Of a stretch of DNA of 64,000 nucleotides, positions 22,028 through 33,042 are shown one piece after another. Within the stretch, counting starts at the first letter, position 1. Each line of letters begins with the position of its first letter. Under the pieces are notes generated by a model. It did no database searches, was not told where the DNA came from, and saw only the letters and a program-made list of their open reading frames with translations. Source of the stretch: Oxalobacter sp. (GTDB taxonomy: Bacteria; Pseudomonadota; Gammaproteobacteria; Burkholderiales; Burkholderiaceae_D). The stretch lies in assembly GCA_018384065.1 (NCBI GenBank), contig JAHAYL010000051.1, positions 840-64,839 of the forward strand, in the 5' to 3' direction. Position numbers and translations under genes: made by a program.

Positions 22028-22458
22028 GGACTGTCCTTTCCTGCCTTGACCGTGGCGAAAGCCAGCCGCTCAAGCCCAGCCAGCCGTACCGCTTCAAGCA
22101 CACTGACAACCGATTGGTGTCTGGCACTGCCGTCTGCTGCAATGATGACAGTCGGGTTGCCGTTGGCCAGCCGGTCAGCCCTTTGGCGCAGGAAAGCCGC
22201 AAACTGAGCGGGTGGCAAGGGCTTGATGGTTTCGCCATTGACCATAATCTGACCCGTTGCATCAATCGCAATTTCCAGGTTCTGATGATGTTCAGCGGCG
22301 TTATCTGTAGATGCAGTCGGCAGGGATATCTGCAGTTCTGCATATTTGCTGAAAGTGGTGCTGACCATCAGGAAAATCAGGATGACCAGCAGGACATCGA
22401 TGAACGGAATCAGGTTGATGTCTGGCGTGTCACTGATTTTGTGCCTGCGGAAATCCAT
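22024..22458 (-). CDS. exbD: ExbD/TolR biopolymer transport protein
   Basis: INLIPFIDVLLVILIFLMV with conserved Asp, IAADGSARHQSVV. Confidence 0.93.
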   Translation of the reverse strand: MDFRRHKISDTPDINLIPFIDVLLVILIFLMVSTTFSKYAELQISLPTASTDNAAEHHQNLEIAIDATGQIMVNGETIKPLPPAQFAAFLRQRADRLANGNPTVIIAADGSARHQSVVSVLEAVRLAGLERLAFATVKAGKDSP

Positions 22459-22471
22459 GGTGCACCTGCCT

Positions 22472-23083
22472 TTATTCCGGATGGCGGGCGGCGGTGATGG
22501 CATCCACCAGCTTGGATGCCTGGGCTTCCATCTGGATGAGGAAACTGTTGGCCAGCGCTTTGAAATGGCGGTAACAGACCAAGGCAGGCATCGCGATCAG
22601 CAGGCCAAACCCCGTGTTGTACAAGGCGACAGAGATACCATGTGCCAGCTGGGTCGGGTTCATGCCTGAGGCATGCTGTGCCCCGAAAATTTCAATCATG
22701 CCGACAACAGTGCCGAACAACCCCAGCAGGGGGGCAAGGGCGGCAATGGTGCCGATGGTGGTCAGGAACCGTTCCATCTGCAGGCTGGCGGTATGCCCGG
22801 CTTCTTCCATCGATTCCCTGATGTCTTCTTTAGGCTGGTCAGCATGGCGCAGGCCTGCTGCCAACACCATACCTAAAGGCGAATTGCCTGCGAGCTGGTC
22901 AATCTGCTGTTTATCCAATTTGCTTTCCTGGAACCGTCTGATGGTGCGTTCCAAGAGACCGTCTGGCAGGATGCGGCTCCGGCGGAGTGCATGGAAGCGT
23001 TCGATGACCAATGCCAGTCCAATGATGGAGGTAATCAGCAACAGCCAGATGGGCCATCCTGCGGACTGTAAGATATGGAACAC
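22472..23083 (-). CDS. exbB: MotA/TolQ/ExbB proton channel protein
   Basis: APLLGLFGTVVGMI, GISVALYNTGFGL; GTG start. Confidence 0.93.
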   Translation of the reverse strand: MFHILQSAGWPIWLLLITSIIGLALVIERFHALRRSRILPDGLLERTIRRFQESKLDKQQIDQLAGNSPLGMVLAAGLRHADQPKEDIRESMEEAGHTASLQMERFLTTIGTIAALAPLLGLFGTVVGMIEIFGAQHASGMNPTQLAHGISVALYNTGFGLLIAMPALVCYRHFKALANSFLIQMEAQASKLVDAITAARHPE

Positions 23084-23110
23084 GGTCTTCTCCTGCCAGT
23101 CAGGTTCTTA

Positions 23111-24508
23111 TCAGGTTTCCAGACGCTTCCTCAGATAGGCGATGGCTTCCTTGACACGTTCCGGTGCCGTGCCACCGATATGGGCACGTGCACTGACAGA
23201 GGCTTCCAGCGTCAGGGCGCCCAAGACATCAGACTCGATGAGCGGAGAGAATGCCCGCATCTGCTCAAGGGTCATATCACTGAGGTCACAGTTATGTTCA
23301 ACACAGAAACGGACAGCTCGGGCGACGGCTTCATGGGCAGCCCGGAAAGGCAGGCCTTTCTTGACCAGGTAATCTGCGAGGTCGGTTGCTGTCGCGTAAC
23401 CCTGCAGGGCAGCCTGCCGCATCATGTCCGGTTTGACAGTGATGGCACTGACCATGTCTGCAAAGATACGCAGGGTATCAGATACAGTGTCGATGGTGTC
23501 GAACAGCGGTTCCTTGTCTTCTTGGTTGTCTTTGTTGTATGCCAGTGGCTGGCCTTTCATCAAGGTCAACAGACCAATCAGATGCCCATTGACACGGCCG
23601 GTCTTGCCACGTGCCAGTTCCGGTACGTCAGGGTTCTTTTTCTGGGGCATGATGGAAGAGCCTGTGCAGAAGCGGTCTGCGATATCGATGAAACCGATAC
23701 GGGGGCTCATCCAGATGACCAGTTCTTCCGACAGGCGGGAGATATGGGTCATGACCAGTGCGGCAGCGGCGCAGAATTCAATGGCGAAGTCCCGGTCAGA
23801 AACTGCATCCAGTGAATTGCGGCAGACGTCTTCGAATCCTAATGCCCTGGCAACCCGTTCACGGTCAATCGGGAAAGTGGTGCCAGCCAGTGCCGCAGCA
23901 CCCAATGGCAGGCGGTTCACCCGTTTACGGCAGTCTCGCATCCGTTCGATGTCACGGCAGAACATTTCAGCATAGGCGAGCAGGTGATGTCCGAAGGTGA
24001 CAGGCTGTGCAACCTGCATATGGGTGAATCCTGGCAGGATGGTGTCATAGTGCTTTTCTGCCAGGTCTGCCAGTGAATTGCAGAGGTTCTTCAGCAGGCC
24101 GTCAATGGCATCAATGGCGGAACGCAGGTAGAGCCGGATATCGGTTGCCACCTGGTCATTGCGGGAACGGCCGGTGTGCAGGCGTTTACCGGCATCGCCA
24201 ATCAGGTCTGTCAGACGGCGTTCAATGTTCATATGCACATCTTCCAGTCCGATGGACCAGTTGAACCTGCCGTCGTTGATTTCTTCCAGGATCTGCGCCA
24301 GCCCCCGCTGGATATCAGACAGGTCCTGTTCTGTCAGGATTTTCTGGGCGCAGAGCATTTCGGCATGTGCCAGGGAACCCTGGATGTCAAAAGCCGCCAT
24401 GCGCTTGTCAAAGGTCACAGATGCCGTATAACGCTGGACGAGTTCATCGACAGGCTCAGAGAAACGGCCAGACCAGACATCGCTTTTAGTTGTCGTTTTC
24501 TTGTCCAT
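23111..24508 (-). CDS. argH: Argininosuccinate lyase
   Basis: [26 protein letters not shown]. Confidence 0.98.
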   Translation of the reverse strand: MDKKTTTKSDVWSGRFSEPVDELVQRYTASVTFDKRMAAFDIQGSLAHAEMLCAQKILTEQDLSDIQRGLAQILEEINDGRFNWSIGLEDVHMNIERRLTDLIGDAGKRLHTGRSRNDQVATDIRLYLRSAIDAIDGLLKNLCNSLADLAEKHYDTILPGFTHMQVAQPVTFGHHLLAYAEMFCRDIERMRDCRKRVNRLPLGAAALAGTTFPIDRERVARALGFEDVCRNSLDAVSDRDFAIEFCAAAALVMTHISRLSEELVIWMSPRIGFIDIADRFCTGSSIMPQKKNPDVPELARGKTGRVNGHLIGLLTLMKGQPLAYNKDNQEDKEPLFDTIDTVSDTLRIFADMVSAITVKPDMMRQAALQGYATATDLADYLVKKGLPFRAAHEAVARAVRFCVEHNCDLSDMTLEQMRAFSPLIESDVLGALTLEASVSARAHIGGTAPERVKEAIAYLRKRLET

Positions 24509-24530
24509 GATGGAATTCTGTTTGGACCGG

Positions 24531-26378
24531 TTATTCTTTCAGTTCACGGATGGCGCCACGGTCAGCCGATGCTGCTGTGGAAGCATAGACTTTCAGGGAC
24601 TTGGAAACTATACGGGAACGGTTCGGTTTCCAGGCATCTGCTCCCTTGGCTTCCATCTTTGCACGGCGGGCTGCCAGTTCTTCATCGCTGATCCGCAGGT
24701 GGATGGTGCGGGCAGGGATGTTGATGTCAATCATATCGCCTTCTTCAATCAGGCCGATGGCACCGCCAGAAGCCGCTTCTGGAGAAGCATGACCGATGAC
24801 CAAACCAGAAGAACCGCCGGAGAAACGGCCGTCGGTGAACAGTGCGCAGGATTTACCCAGTCCTTTGGACTTGATGTAAGAGGTCGGGTACAGCATTTCC
24901 TGCATGCCAGGACCACCTTTAGGTCCTTCATAGCGGACGATGATGACATCACCAGGATTGATCTTGTCACCTAAGATGGCTTCAACCGTGTCTTCCTGGC
25001 TTTCAAAGATGCGGGCTTTGCCAGAGAAGACAAAGATGCTTTCATCTACACCTGCCGTCTTCACGATGCAGCCGTTTTCAGCAATGTTGCCGAACAGGAC
25101 AGACAGCCCGCCTTCAATGGTATAAGCATGAGCCAGGTCACGGATGCAGCCGGTGGTCCGGTCTTTGTCAAGGGATGCATAACGTTTATCTTGGGAGAAC
25201 GGCTCAATGGTGCGGATACCGCCAGGTGCTGCCCTGTAGAAAGTCTCGATTGCAGGGTCATTGCTGGTGACGATATCGTATTTTGCCAGTGCGTCGCCGA
25301 TGGTGCTGCCATAAACCGTGCCACAGGAAGTGTCAATCAAACCTGCACGGTTCAGTTCAGCCATGATGCCAAGGATACCGCCCGCACGGTGGACATCTTC
25401 CACATAGTAGTCATGGGTTGCCGGAGAGACCTTGCAGATGCAGGGGACCTTGCGGGAAACCCGGTCGATGTCTTCCATGAGGAATGGGACATCGCCTTCA
25501 TTGGCGATGGCAAGCAGGTGCAGCACGGTGTTGGTGGAACCGCCCATGGCGACATCCAATGCCATCGCATTTTCCAAAGCAGCTTTAGTGACGATGGAAC
25601 GGGGCAGGACAGAAGCGTCGTCCTGTTCGTACCAGCGTTTGGTGTTCTCAACAATCTGGCGGGCGGCTTTCAGGAAGATTTCCTTGCGGTCGGCGTGGGT
25701 TGCCAGCATGGTGCCGTTGCCTGGAAGTCCCATACCCAATGCTTCCATCAGGCAGTTCATCGAATTGGCGGTGAACATCCCGGAGCAGGATCCGCATGTC
25801 GGGCAGGCACAGCGTTCGTAGTCTGCAACCAGTTCATCACTGTTGTTCGGATTGCCTGCCTGGATCATTGCATCAATCAGGTCAACCTTGATGACCTGCT
25901 GACCAGGAATGACCGTGGTCAGCTTGCCGGCTTCCATCGGACCACCGGAAACCATGATGGTCGGGATGTTCAGGCGCATGGCAGCCATCAGCATCCCTGG
26001 AGTGATTTTGTCGCAGTTGGAGATGCAGATCATCGCATCTGCACAGTGTGCCTCGACCATATACTCAATGGAATCAGCAACCAGTTCACGGTGAGGCAGG
26101 GAATAAAGCATGCCCCCGTGCCCCATGGCAATGCCATCGTCAATGGCAATGGTATTGAATTCCTTGGCGATGCCTCCCGCTTTTTCAATTTCACGGGCGA
26201 CCATCTGACCCATGTCTTTCAGATGGACATGACCCGGGACGAACTGGGTGAATGAATTGACAACAGCGATGATCGGTTTGTCAAAATCGCCATCTTTCAC
26301 ACCGGTTGCACGCCACAGTGCGCGTGCACCAGCCATGTTTCTTCCGTGGGTGGAAGTCCAGGAACGGTAACGGGGCAT
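24531..26378 (-). CDS. ilvD: Dihydroxy-acid dehydratase
   Basis: [39 protein letters not shown]; start set at MPRYRS (26378). Confidence 0.98.
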   Translation of the reverse strand: MPRYRSWTSTHGRNMAGARALWRATGVKDGDFDKPIIAVVNSFTQFVPGHVHLKDMGQMVAREIEKAGGIAKEFNTIAIDDGIAMGHGGMLYSLPHRELVADSIEYMVEAHCADAMICISNCDKITPGMLMAAMRLNIPTIMVSGGPMEAGKLTTVIPGQQVIKVDLIDAMIQAGNPNNSDELVADYERCACPTCGSCSGMFTANSMNCLMEALGMGLPGNGTMLATHADRKEIFLKAARQIVENTKRWYEQDDASVLPRSIVTKAALENAMALDVAMGGSTNTVLHLLAIANEGDVPFLMEDIDRVSRKVPCICKVSPATHDYYVEDVHRAGGILGIMAELNRAGLIDTSCGTVYGSTIGDALAKYDIVTSNDPAIETFYRAAPGGIRTIEPFSQDKRYASLDKDRTTGCIRDLAHAYTIEGGLSVLFGNIAENGCIVKTAGVDESIFVFSGKARIFESQEDTVEAILGDKINPGDVIIVRYEGPKGGPGMQEMLYPTSYIKSKGLGKSCALFTDGRFSGGSSGLVIGHASPEAASGGAIGLIEEGDMIDINIPARTIHLRISDEELAARRAKMEAKGADAWKPNRSRIVSKSLKVYASTAASADRGAIRELKE

Positions 26379-26567
26379 TTGTCTGTCTCTCCAAATAAAT
26401 CGGTTCTTTTTTATCAAGTATCAGGAACAGGGTCTGGAAACGCTTTCCTGGTACATCTGCCAGTCCTGCCGGACCATTTATGGTCGGCACTTCCGTAAAT
26501 AAGCTATTATATAGCACTATCGTTTTTTAAGACTTTCAAACCGATACCGTATCACGGTGTATTTATC

Positions 26568-27389
26568 ATGCTGGTTCATCCATTACCGAATCCTGTCGCC
26601 TTTTCCATCGGACCTGTGGCGGTCCATTGGTATGGGTTGATGTATCTGTGCGGCTTCCTGTTCTTCATCATCCTTGGACGGGTGCGTATCAGGACTCAGC
26701 CACATATCGCCCGGGTAGGCTGGGTTCCCAAGAACCTGGATGACATCCTGTTCTATGGGGTGTTAGGGGTGATTGTTGGTGGCCGTTTGGGCGAAGTGCT
26801 GTTCTACAATCCGAAGTACTTCTTCTCACATCCCATGGAGATTTTTGCGGTCTGGCAGGGGGGGATGTCCTACCATGGTGGGTTCTTGGGCGTGATGATT
26901 GCCATGTGGTTCTGGAGCCGTAAGAATGGCAGGGCTTTCTGGGAAACGATGGATTTTATTGCACCGACGATTCCTATCGGCTATGCCTGCGGACGGTTGG
27001 GCAACTTCATCAATGCGGAACTGCCTGGGCGGGTTGCCTCGCCTGACCTGCCTTGGGCGATGATTTGGCCGAATTTCGATATGTTGCCGCGCCATCCATC
27101 CCCGCTGTATCAGATGCTGGTGGACGGTCTGCTGATGTTTGTACTGCTGTGGCTGTATTCCCGTAAAGAACGCCCCCGTGGCGCAGTCAGTGGCATGTAC
27201 TGCCTGCTTTATGGTTCCGCCAGATTCTTCACCGAATACTTCCGCATTCCCGATTATGAAGTGAATCTGGGGCTCTTCACCATTTCCGCTGGGCAGATGC
27301 TGTCCCTGCCGATGGTTGTATTCGGTCTTTTCCTGCTGTGGTGGTCTTATAAGACCTATCGGATTGGGAACGGACCTTCATTCAGGTAG
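26568..27389 (+). CDS. lgt: Prolipoprotein diacylglyceryl transferase
   Basis: VHWYGLMY, GGRLG, GGMSYHGG, GRLGNFINAEL, RHPSPLY. Confidence 0.97.
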   Translation: MLVHPLPNPVAFSIGPVAVHWYGLMYLCGFLFFIILGRVRIRTQPHIARVGWVPKNLDDILFYGVLGVIVGGRLGEVLFYNPKYFFSHPMEIFAVWQGGMSYHGGFLGVMIAMWFWSRKNGRAFWETMDFIAPTIPIGYACGRLGNFINAELPGRVASPDLPWAMIWPNFDMLPRHPSPLYQMLVDGLLMFVLLWLYSRKERPRGAVSGMYCLLYGSARFFTEYFRIPDYEVNLGLFTISAGQMLSLPMVVFGLFLLWWSYKTYRIGNGPSFR

Positions 27390-27405
27390 CTTTTTGGGGG
27401 ATCCA

Positions 27406-27430
27406 GAGGTGGATTTTTGAAATCCACCTC
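27406..27430. terminator. Hairpin between convergent lgt and recX
   Basis: GAGGTGGATTT-ttg-AAATCCACCTC, perfect 11-bp stem. Confidence 0.7.
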
Positions 27431-27486
27431 ATTTTCCTAAAGTGGAAATCTGGTAATCGTTTTTAGGATGGAATCCATCAGTTTTT

Positions 27487-27945
27487 TTAGGGGGCTTCGA
27501 AATCAGGCAGGTCGCCTTTGATGACCTGCCGGATGATGTTGCCAGGGAAGCCACGTTGTTGCAGGAACCGTATCTGTTTGGCTTTTTCAGGCAGGGTTTC
27601 AGGGGGCTTGCCGAATTTGCGTTCCCAGAGGACAAAAGCACGTTGCAGTTCGGTTTCTTCCAGGGTTTCAGTGATTTCCTGCATCACTGAGCTGGGCAGC
27701 TGGTGGTTCTGCAGGTCATAAAGGATTTTCCGGCTACCATAGCGGGCAGCCCGGTGCCTGGCATAGGTTTCTGCAAACCGTTCCTCGGAAAGGAATCCCT
27801 TTTCCTGCAGCCATTGGATCAAGGATTCAATGTCATCCGTTTCCTCGGCATAAGGTTTCAGTTTTGCGGTAAGTTCCCATGCACTGTGTTCCCGACTGGC
27901 AAGGAACCGCAGGGCACGGGCTTTCAGGCTGGGCTTCTGTTTCAT
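27487..27945 (-). CDS. recX: Recombination regulator RecX
   Basis: ALRFLASREHS, LSEERFAE, RYGSRKI, RFLQQRGF; directly after recA. Confidence 0.95.
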   Translation of the reverse strand: MKQKPSLKARALRFLASREHSAWELTAKLKPYAEETDDIESLIQWLQEKGFLSEERFAETYARHRAARYGSRKILYDLQNHQLPSSVMQEITETLEETELQRAFVLWERKFGKPPETLPEKAKQIRFLQQRGFPGNIIRQVIKGDLPDFEAP

Positions 27946-27982
27946 GGCGTGTTGACAGAAACAGGCTGTTCAGCAGGACACA

Positions 27983-29023
27983 TCAACTGTCAGCTTCGAT
28001 GGTAGGCATTTCTGCAATGCCTTTTGCTGCACGAACTTTATTTTCAATCTCACGGGCAACCACCGGGTTGCTCTTGAGATAAGCGCGGACATTGTCTTTG
28101 CCCTGTCCAAGCCGTTCACCGTTGTAGCTGTACCAGGAACCGGATTTCTCGACGATTTTCGCATCGACACCCAGATCGATGATTTCTCCTTCACGGGAAG
28201 AGCCTTCACCGTACAGGATGTCAAAGGTGGCTTCCTTGAACGGCGGAGCCATTTTGTTCTTGACGACCTTGACACGGGTTTCGTTGCCGATGATGGCATC
28301 CCCGGACTTGATGGAACCGGTACGGCGGATATCGAGCCGGACAGAGGAATAGAATTTCAGGGCATTGCCGCCGGTGGTGGTTTCCGGGGAACCGAACATG
28401 ACACCGATTTTCATTCGGATCTGGTTGATGAAGATGACAGTGGTATTGGTTTTCTTGATGGTACCGGTCAGTTTACGGAGTGCCTGGGACATCAGGCGTG
28501 CCTGGAGGCCAGGCAGGGAATCTCCCATATCGCCTTCGATTTCTGCTTTTGGCGTTAGGGCGGCAACGGAGTCGATGACAACCAGGTCAACACCACCGGA
28601 ACGGACAAGGGCATCAGTGATTTCCAATGCCTGCTCACCGGTGTCCGGTTGTGAAATCAGCAGGTCTTCCAGTTTGACCCCCAGTTTCTGGGCATAGCTG
28701 ACATCCAATGCATGTTCCGCATCGATGAAGGCGCAGGTGCCGCCATCTTTCTGCATCTGGGCAATCACCTGCAGGGTCAGTGTGGTTTTGCCGGAGGATT
28801 CGGGACCGTAGATTTCAATGACCCTGCCCCGTGGCAACCCACCGACCCCCAAAGCGATATCCAGTCCCAAGGAGCCGGTTGAGACAACGGGGACTTTTTC
28901 GACAACGACACCCGGCGCCATCCGCATGACGGAGCCTTTGCCGAACTGTTTTTCAATCTGGGAAAGTGCCGCAGCAAGTGCTTTCCGTTTTTCTTCCTGA
29001 GATGCGTTCCTGTTATCGTCCAT
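27983..29023 (-). CDS. recA: Recombinase RecA
   Basis: [35 protein letters not shown]. Confidence 0.99.
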   Translation of the reverse strand: MDDNRNASQEEKRKALAAALSQIEKQFGKGSVMRMAPGVVVEKVPVVSTGSLGLDIALGVGGLPRGRVIEIYGPESSGKTTLTLQVIAQMQKDGGTCAFIDAEHALDVSYAQKLGVKLEDLLISQPDTGEQALEITDALVRSGGVDLVVIDSVAALTPKAEIEGDMGDSLPGLQARLMSQALRKLTGTIKKTNTTVIFINQIRMKIGVMFGSPETTTGGNALKFYSSVRLDIRRTGSIKSGDAIIGNETRVKVVKNKMAPPFKEATFDILYGEGSSREGEIIDLGVDAKIVEKSGSWYSYNGERLGQGKDNVRAYLKSNPVVAREIENKVRAAKGIAEMPTIEADS

Positions 29024-29068
29024 GAGAGTCTTTCCAGTTAAAACAGAAGGGATTGCTAAATCTATTCG

Positions 29069-29084
29069 CTGTATATATTAACAG
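29069..29084. promoter_or_regulatory. LexA (SOS) box upstream of recA
   Basis: CTGTATATATTAACAG = CTG-N10-CAG, near consensus for beta/gamma-proteobacteria, about 45 nt upstream of recA. Confidence 0.9.
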
Positions 29085-29167
29085 GTATTTTCTAAAAGAA
29101 AAGGTTTTTTTTGAAAGAAAAATCCAAAAATGCCACATCATGGCAGTCGAAGAAAGGTTGGGCTTTT

Positions 29168-29176
29168 TGATATAAT
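29168..29176 (+). promoter_or_regulatory. Extended -10 promoter for the DUF2889 gene
   Basis: TGaTATAAT, perfect TGn-TATAAT. Confidence 0.65.
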
Positions 29177-29246
29177 GGCACAGTAATTTTTGTGCAGGCA
29201 GCTTCCAATGCTGCTGGGAAGCCTTTGTTTTCATGGTCATGCCACT

Positions 29247-29813
29247 ATGCCACTGCCACTAGCCACGACACCTCGGGTCTTGAAGCATACCCGTACAATC
29301 AAGGTCCAGTTTTTTCTCCGTGAGGATGGTTTCTGGGACATTGATGCCCGTTTTACAGATGTGAAGACCCATGAGCTGCTGCTGGCTTCCGTTGTTGTGC
29401 CTGCCAAACGGCCTCTCCATGATATGTGGATGCGCCTGACGGTCAATCCTCAGGGTACAGTAATTGATTCGCATATCGCGTTCGATGAGGTGCCTTTTGA
29501 AGGCTTCTGTGAACGTATCCATTCCCGTTATTCCAAGCTGGTCGGCCTGAATATCCTGCACCATTTCCGGCATGGCATCCATGAACGTTTTGGCGCAATG
29601 GATGGCTGTACCCATATGAATGAGATTGCGGAAGCGATTCCTTCTGTCGCCATGCAGGTGTTCGTTTTCGGTGAGGAAGAAGCACGTATCAAGGCGGCAT
29701 TCCAGAAAGAGGATGAACGTCCATTCAATCTGGATCTGTGCCATTGCATGGATTCCAAAGGTCCTGCTGTCCTGAAGTTCTATCCGCAATGGTATGGAAC
29801 CGTCAAGAAATAG
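29247..29813 (+). CDS. DUF2889 family protein
   Basis: HTRTI...REDGFWDIDARFTDVK, LHDMWMRLTV, GCTHMNE, LDLCHCM; family assigned from memory; start set at 29247. Confidence 0.75.
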   Translation: MPLPLATTPRVLKHTRTIKVQFFLREDGFWDIDARFTDVKTHELLLASVVVPAKRPLHDMWMRLTVNPQGTVIDSHIAFDEVPFEGFCERIHSRYSKLVGLNILHHFRHGIHERFGAMDGCTHMNEIAEAIPSVAMQVFVFGEEEARIKAAFQKEDERPFNLDLCHCMDSKGPAVLKFYPQWYGTVKK

Positions 29814-29853
29814 CCTTTCTCCATCAGCTGTGGACGGTTTTTCCGGTCCCCCG

Positions 29854-31143
29854 ATGCCTTCCAACCTGTCATCTGCTGTCAGCAACAGGGATGTGTTGAC
29901 AGTCTCTGAACTGAATCAGACGCTTTCCCAGTTGGTTGAGGCAGCATTTCCCTTACTTTGGATTTCCGGCGAAGTTTCCAGTTTCACCCGTGCCGCATCA
30001 GGACATTGGTATTTCACACTCAAGGATGATGATTCGCAGATCAGGGCAGTGATGTTCCGTGGACGTGCCCGTCTGGCGGAATTCACACCGAAACTGGGGG
30101 ATCATATTGAAGTCCGGGCGACGCTTTCCATGTATATGGCAAGGGGAGAGTTCCAGTTGAATGTGGAATCAATCCGTCATGCAGGTGCTGGCAACCGGTA
30201 TGAGGCTTTTCTCCGCATGAAGGCGCGTCTTGAGGCAGAGGGACTGTTTGATCCTGGACGTAAACGGCGGATTCCTGTCTTTGTACAGACAGCGGGATTG
30301 GTCACCAGCCCCCAGGCGGCGGCGTTGCGGGATGTCATGACAACGTTGGCAAGAAGGGCACCGCATGTCCAGGTCATCCTGTATCCTGCGCCGGTGCAGG
30401 GGGTAGATGCTGCTGGAAAAATTGCTGAGGCAATTGCAACGGCATCAGACCGGGCAGAATGTGATGCACTGATTGTCTGCCGGGGTGGGGGCAGTCTTGA
30501 AGACCTGTGGAGTTTCAACGAGGAACCGGTTGCCCGGGCGATTGCTGCCTGCCGGATTCCCGTGATTTCAGGGGTCGGTCATGAAACGGATTTCACGATT
30601 GCAGATTTTGCAGCAGATGTCCGGGCGCCGACACCGACAGGGGCAGCGGAACTGGTTTCGAGAAGCCGGGATGACTGGATGGATGCCCTCTCAGTGGTTG
30701 CAGGGCAGATGATGCGGTTGATAGACCGGCAGTTGCAGCAGGCGATGCTGCATACCGATATGCTGTCCCGGCGGTTGGTCAGCCCCACCGCATATATCCA
30801 GCGGGAACGGTTACGGTTGAAGGCATTGGCAGTACGGCTGTCATCACGGCAGCCGGATATCCGGACAATGGGCTATCAGTTGGAACGCCGGACAGAACGT
30901 CTGGTTTCTGCCATACGCAATGCCTTGTCTGGAAGGCAGCAGAAAATTGTCTCCCTGTCGGCTCAGCTGGAACTGCTGAATCCCCAGCGGATATTGGACC
31001 GTGGCTATGCCATCATGCAGGATGAACATGGACGGGTTGTCCGTTCTCCTGCTGATATTCCTGTTAAAAGACCAGTGTCAGTCAGGCTTGCCGATGGCAG
31101 TGCCGACATTGTGGTGGACTCAGTACAGCCGACGCTGTCCTGA
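29854..31143 (+). CDS. xseA: Exodeoxyribonuclease VII large subunit
   Basis: VLTVSELN, SGHWYFTLKD, VQG, RGGGSLEDLWSFNEE, GHETDFTI, ILDRGYA. Confidence 0.97.
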   Translation: MPSNLSSAVSNRDVLTVSELNQTLSQLVEAAFPLLWISGEVSSFTRAASGHWYFTLKDDDSQIRAVMFRGRARLAEFTPKLGDHIEVRATLSMYMARGEFQLNVESIRHAGAGNRYEAFLRMKARLEAEGLFDPGRKRRIPVFVQTAGLVTSPQAAALRDVMTTLARRAPHVQVILYPAPVQGVDAAGKIAEAIATASDRAECDALIVCRGGGSLEDLWSFNEEPVARAIAACRIPVISGVGHETDFTIADFAADVRAPTPTGAAELVSRSRDDWMDALSVVAGQMMRLIDRQLQQAMLHTDMLSRRLVSPTAYIQRERLRLKALAVRLSSRQPDIRTMGYQLERRTERLVSAIRNALSGRQQKIVSLSAQLELLNPQRILDRGYAIMQDEHGRVVRSPADIPVKRPVSVRLADGSADIVVDSVQPTLS

Positions 31144-31165
31144 ATGGCGTGGCTGCTTTCTTGTA

Positions 31166-32845
31166 TCAGCAGGCGTTCCGATGGGCTTCCAATGTTTCCA
31201 GAAGCAGGTTCTGGGGGACTTTTGTGATGACTGTCTCTCCCAGCTTTTTCAACAGGACAAACTGGATTTCTCCGCCGACATTCTTCTTGTCCACGCGCAT
31301 CAGGTCAATCCAGCGTTCTGATGGCATATCCGGTGCAGTATCAGGCAGCCTTGCCTTCCTGACCAATGTGCGGATGCGGTCAACGGATTCCTGGTCCAGC
31401 CAGCCCATCCTGCGGGAAAGGTCTGCTGCCATGACCATGCCGCAGCCGACCGCTTCACCGTGCAGCCAAGCCCCGTAACCCATACCGGCTTCAATGGCGT
31501 GTGCGAAGGTATGGCCAAAGTTGAGGATGGCACGGAGTCCGGTGCTTTCTTTTTCATCCTGGCGGACGACATCCGCCTTGATTTCACAGGAGCGTCTGAT
31601 GGCATATGCCAAGGCGGCAGGGTCACGTTCCAGCAGTTTCCCAGTGTTTTTCTCCAGCCATGCAAAGAAAGCGGTATCAACGATGCAGCCATATTTGATG
31701 ACTTCCGCCATACCGGCAGACAGTTCTGTATCTGGCAGGGAGTTCAATGTGGATGTATCGGCAATGACAGCGACTGGCTGATAAAAGGCACCGATCATGT
31801 TTTTGCCAAGTGGGTGGTTGATGCCGGTTTTGCCGCCGACAGAAGAGTCCACTTCTGACAGCAGGGTGGTCGGAACCTGGACAAAGGGAACACCACGCAT
31901 GAAACTGGCTGCTGCGTAACCGGTGATATCGCCGATGACACCACCGCCCAATGCTGCCAGGGTGGTCTTCCGGTCACATTTGTTGGTCATCAGGAAGTCA
32001 AAGATTTTCATCAGGCTTTCCCAGTTCTTTTCTTTCTCACCATCAGGAAGAACCAATGAGATGACATCTTTGCCTGAGTTCTTCAGGGAGTTGGTCAGTC
32101 TTTCCAGATAGAGAGGAGCAACGACATCATTGGTGATGATGGCGATGCGCTTGCCTTTCACGGTTTTGGCAAGCAGGGAGGAATCTTTCAGCAAGCCTGT
32201 CCCGATTTCAATGGGATAGCTGCGTTCGCCCAATTCAACCTTGAGGTGCTGTTTTTTCTGTTCCTGCATATTGTTCCTGCCTTTTTTCTGCTGAGCAGTT
32301 TTCTTCTTCTGACGGTCTGCTGCGTTTTTCTTCTGGAATCCCTTGATTTGATTGGCAATGGACTGGACCATGGCGTGGACATTGGGACGGCCGGTATCGA
32401 CAATGATATCAGCGACTTCCTGATAGAAAGGTTCACGCTGACGTGAAAGCTCCTCGAGTTTTGCCCGACGGTCTTCGGTCTGGAGCAGTGGGCGGTTCCT
32501 GTCGTGCTGTGTCCGTTTCAGGATGTTGCTGATACTGGCCCTCAGGTAGATGACGATGCCCCGTTTTTTCAGGACTTCACGGTTTTCAGGACGGATGACC
32601 GAACCGCCACCGGTTGCCAGCAGGATGCCTTGCCGTGAGGTCAGTTCGTCGATGGTTTCCATTTCCCTTTGACGGAAGCTGTCTTCTCCTTCGATTTCAA
32701 AAATCCACGAGATGGTTGCACCGGTACGGCTTTCAATTTCCTGGTCTGAGTCCACGAATTTCAAGCCCAGCCGTTTGGCGAGCAGCCTGCCTACCGTTGT
32801 TTTACCGGAGCCCATCAGTCCAACGAGGAAAATATTCTGTTGCAT
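31166..32845 (-). CDS. aroKB: Bifunctional shikimate kinase / 3-dehydroquinate synthase
   Basis: N-terminal [18 protein letters not shown] (AroK) in frame with [31 protein letters not shown] (AroB). Confidence 0.96.
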   Translation of the reverse strand: MQQNIFLVGLMGSGKTTVGRLLAKRLGLKFVDSDQEIESRTGATISWIFEIEGEDSFRQREMETIDELTSRQGILLATGGGSVIRPENREVLKKRGIVIYLRASISNILKRTQHDRNRPLLQTEDRRAKLEELSRQREPFYQEVADIIVDTGRPNVHAMVQSIANQIKGFQKKNAADRQKKKTAQQKKGRNNMQEQKKQHLKVELGERSYPIEIGTGLLKDSSLLAKTVKGKRIAIITNDVVAPLYLERLTNSLKNSGKDVISLVLPDGEKEKNWESLMKIFDFLMTNKCDRKTTLAALGGGVIGDITGYAAASFMRGVPFVQVPTTLLSEVDSSVGGKTGINHPLGKNMIGAFYQPVAVIADTSTLNSLPDTELSAGMAEVIKYGCIVDTAFFAWLEKNTGKLLERDPAALAYAIRRSCEIKADVVRQDEKESTGLRAILNFGHTFAHAIEAGMGYGAWLHGEAVGCGMVMAADLSRRMGWLDQESVDRIRTLVRKARLPDTAPDMPSERWIDLMRVDKKNVGGEIQFVLLKKLGETVITKVPQNLLLETLEAHRNAC

Positions 32846-33042
32846 ATAAGGAATAATGTGTCTTTCAAAATTACCGCTGAATATAACAGACTAACAGAGA
32901 ACAGGACAGTTTCCAATTTGGCACAAATTCAAGGATAAAAGCCTGAAAGTCCCGGAGAAACGTAAAAATTTGTGAGATGTCAGTGCTATACATGCCGGTT
33001 TAAAGGATAATTGCAGATATCTTTCTTTTTAGGCTGGACAGC

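Noticed and set aside
29241-29268. GCCACT micro-repeat around the DUF2889 start
   Set aside because: Irregular period (8, 6, 7 nt), so not a slippage-prone array.
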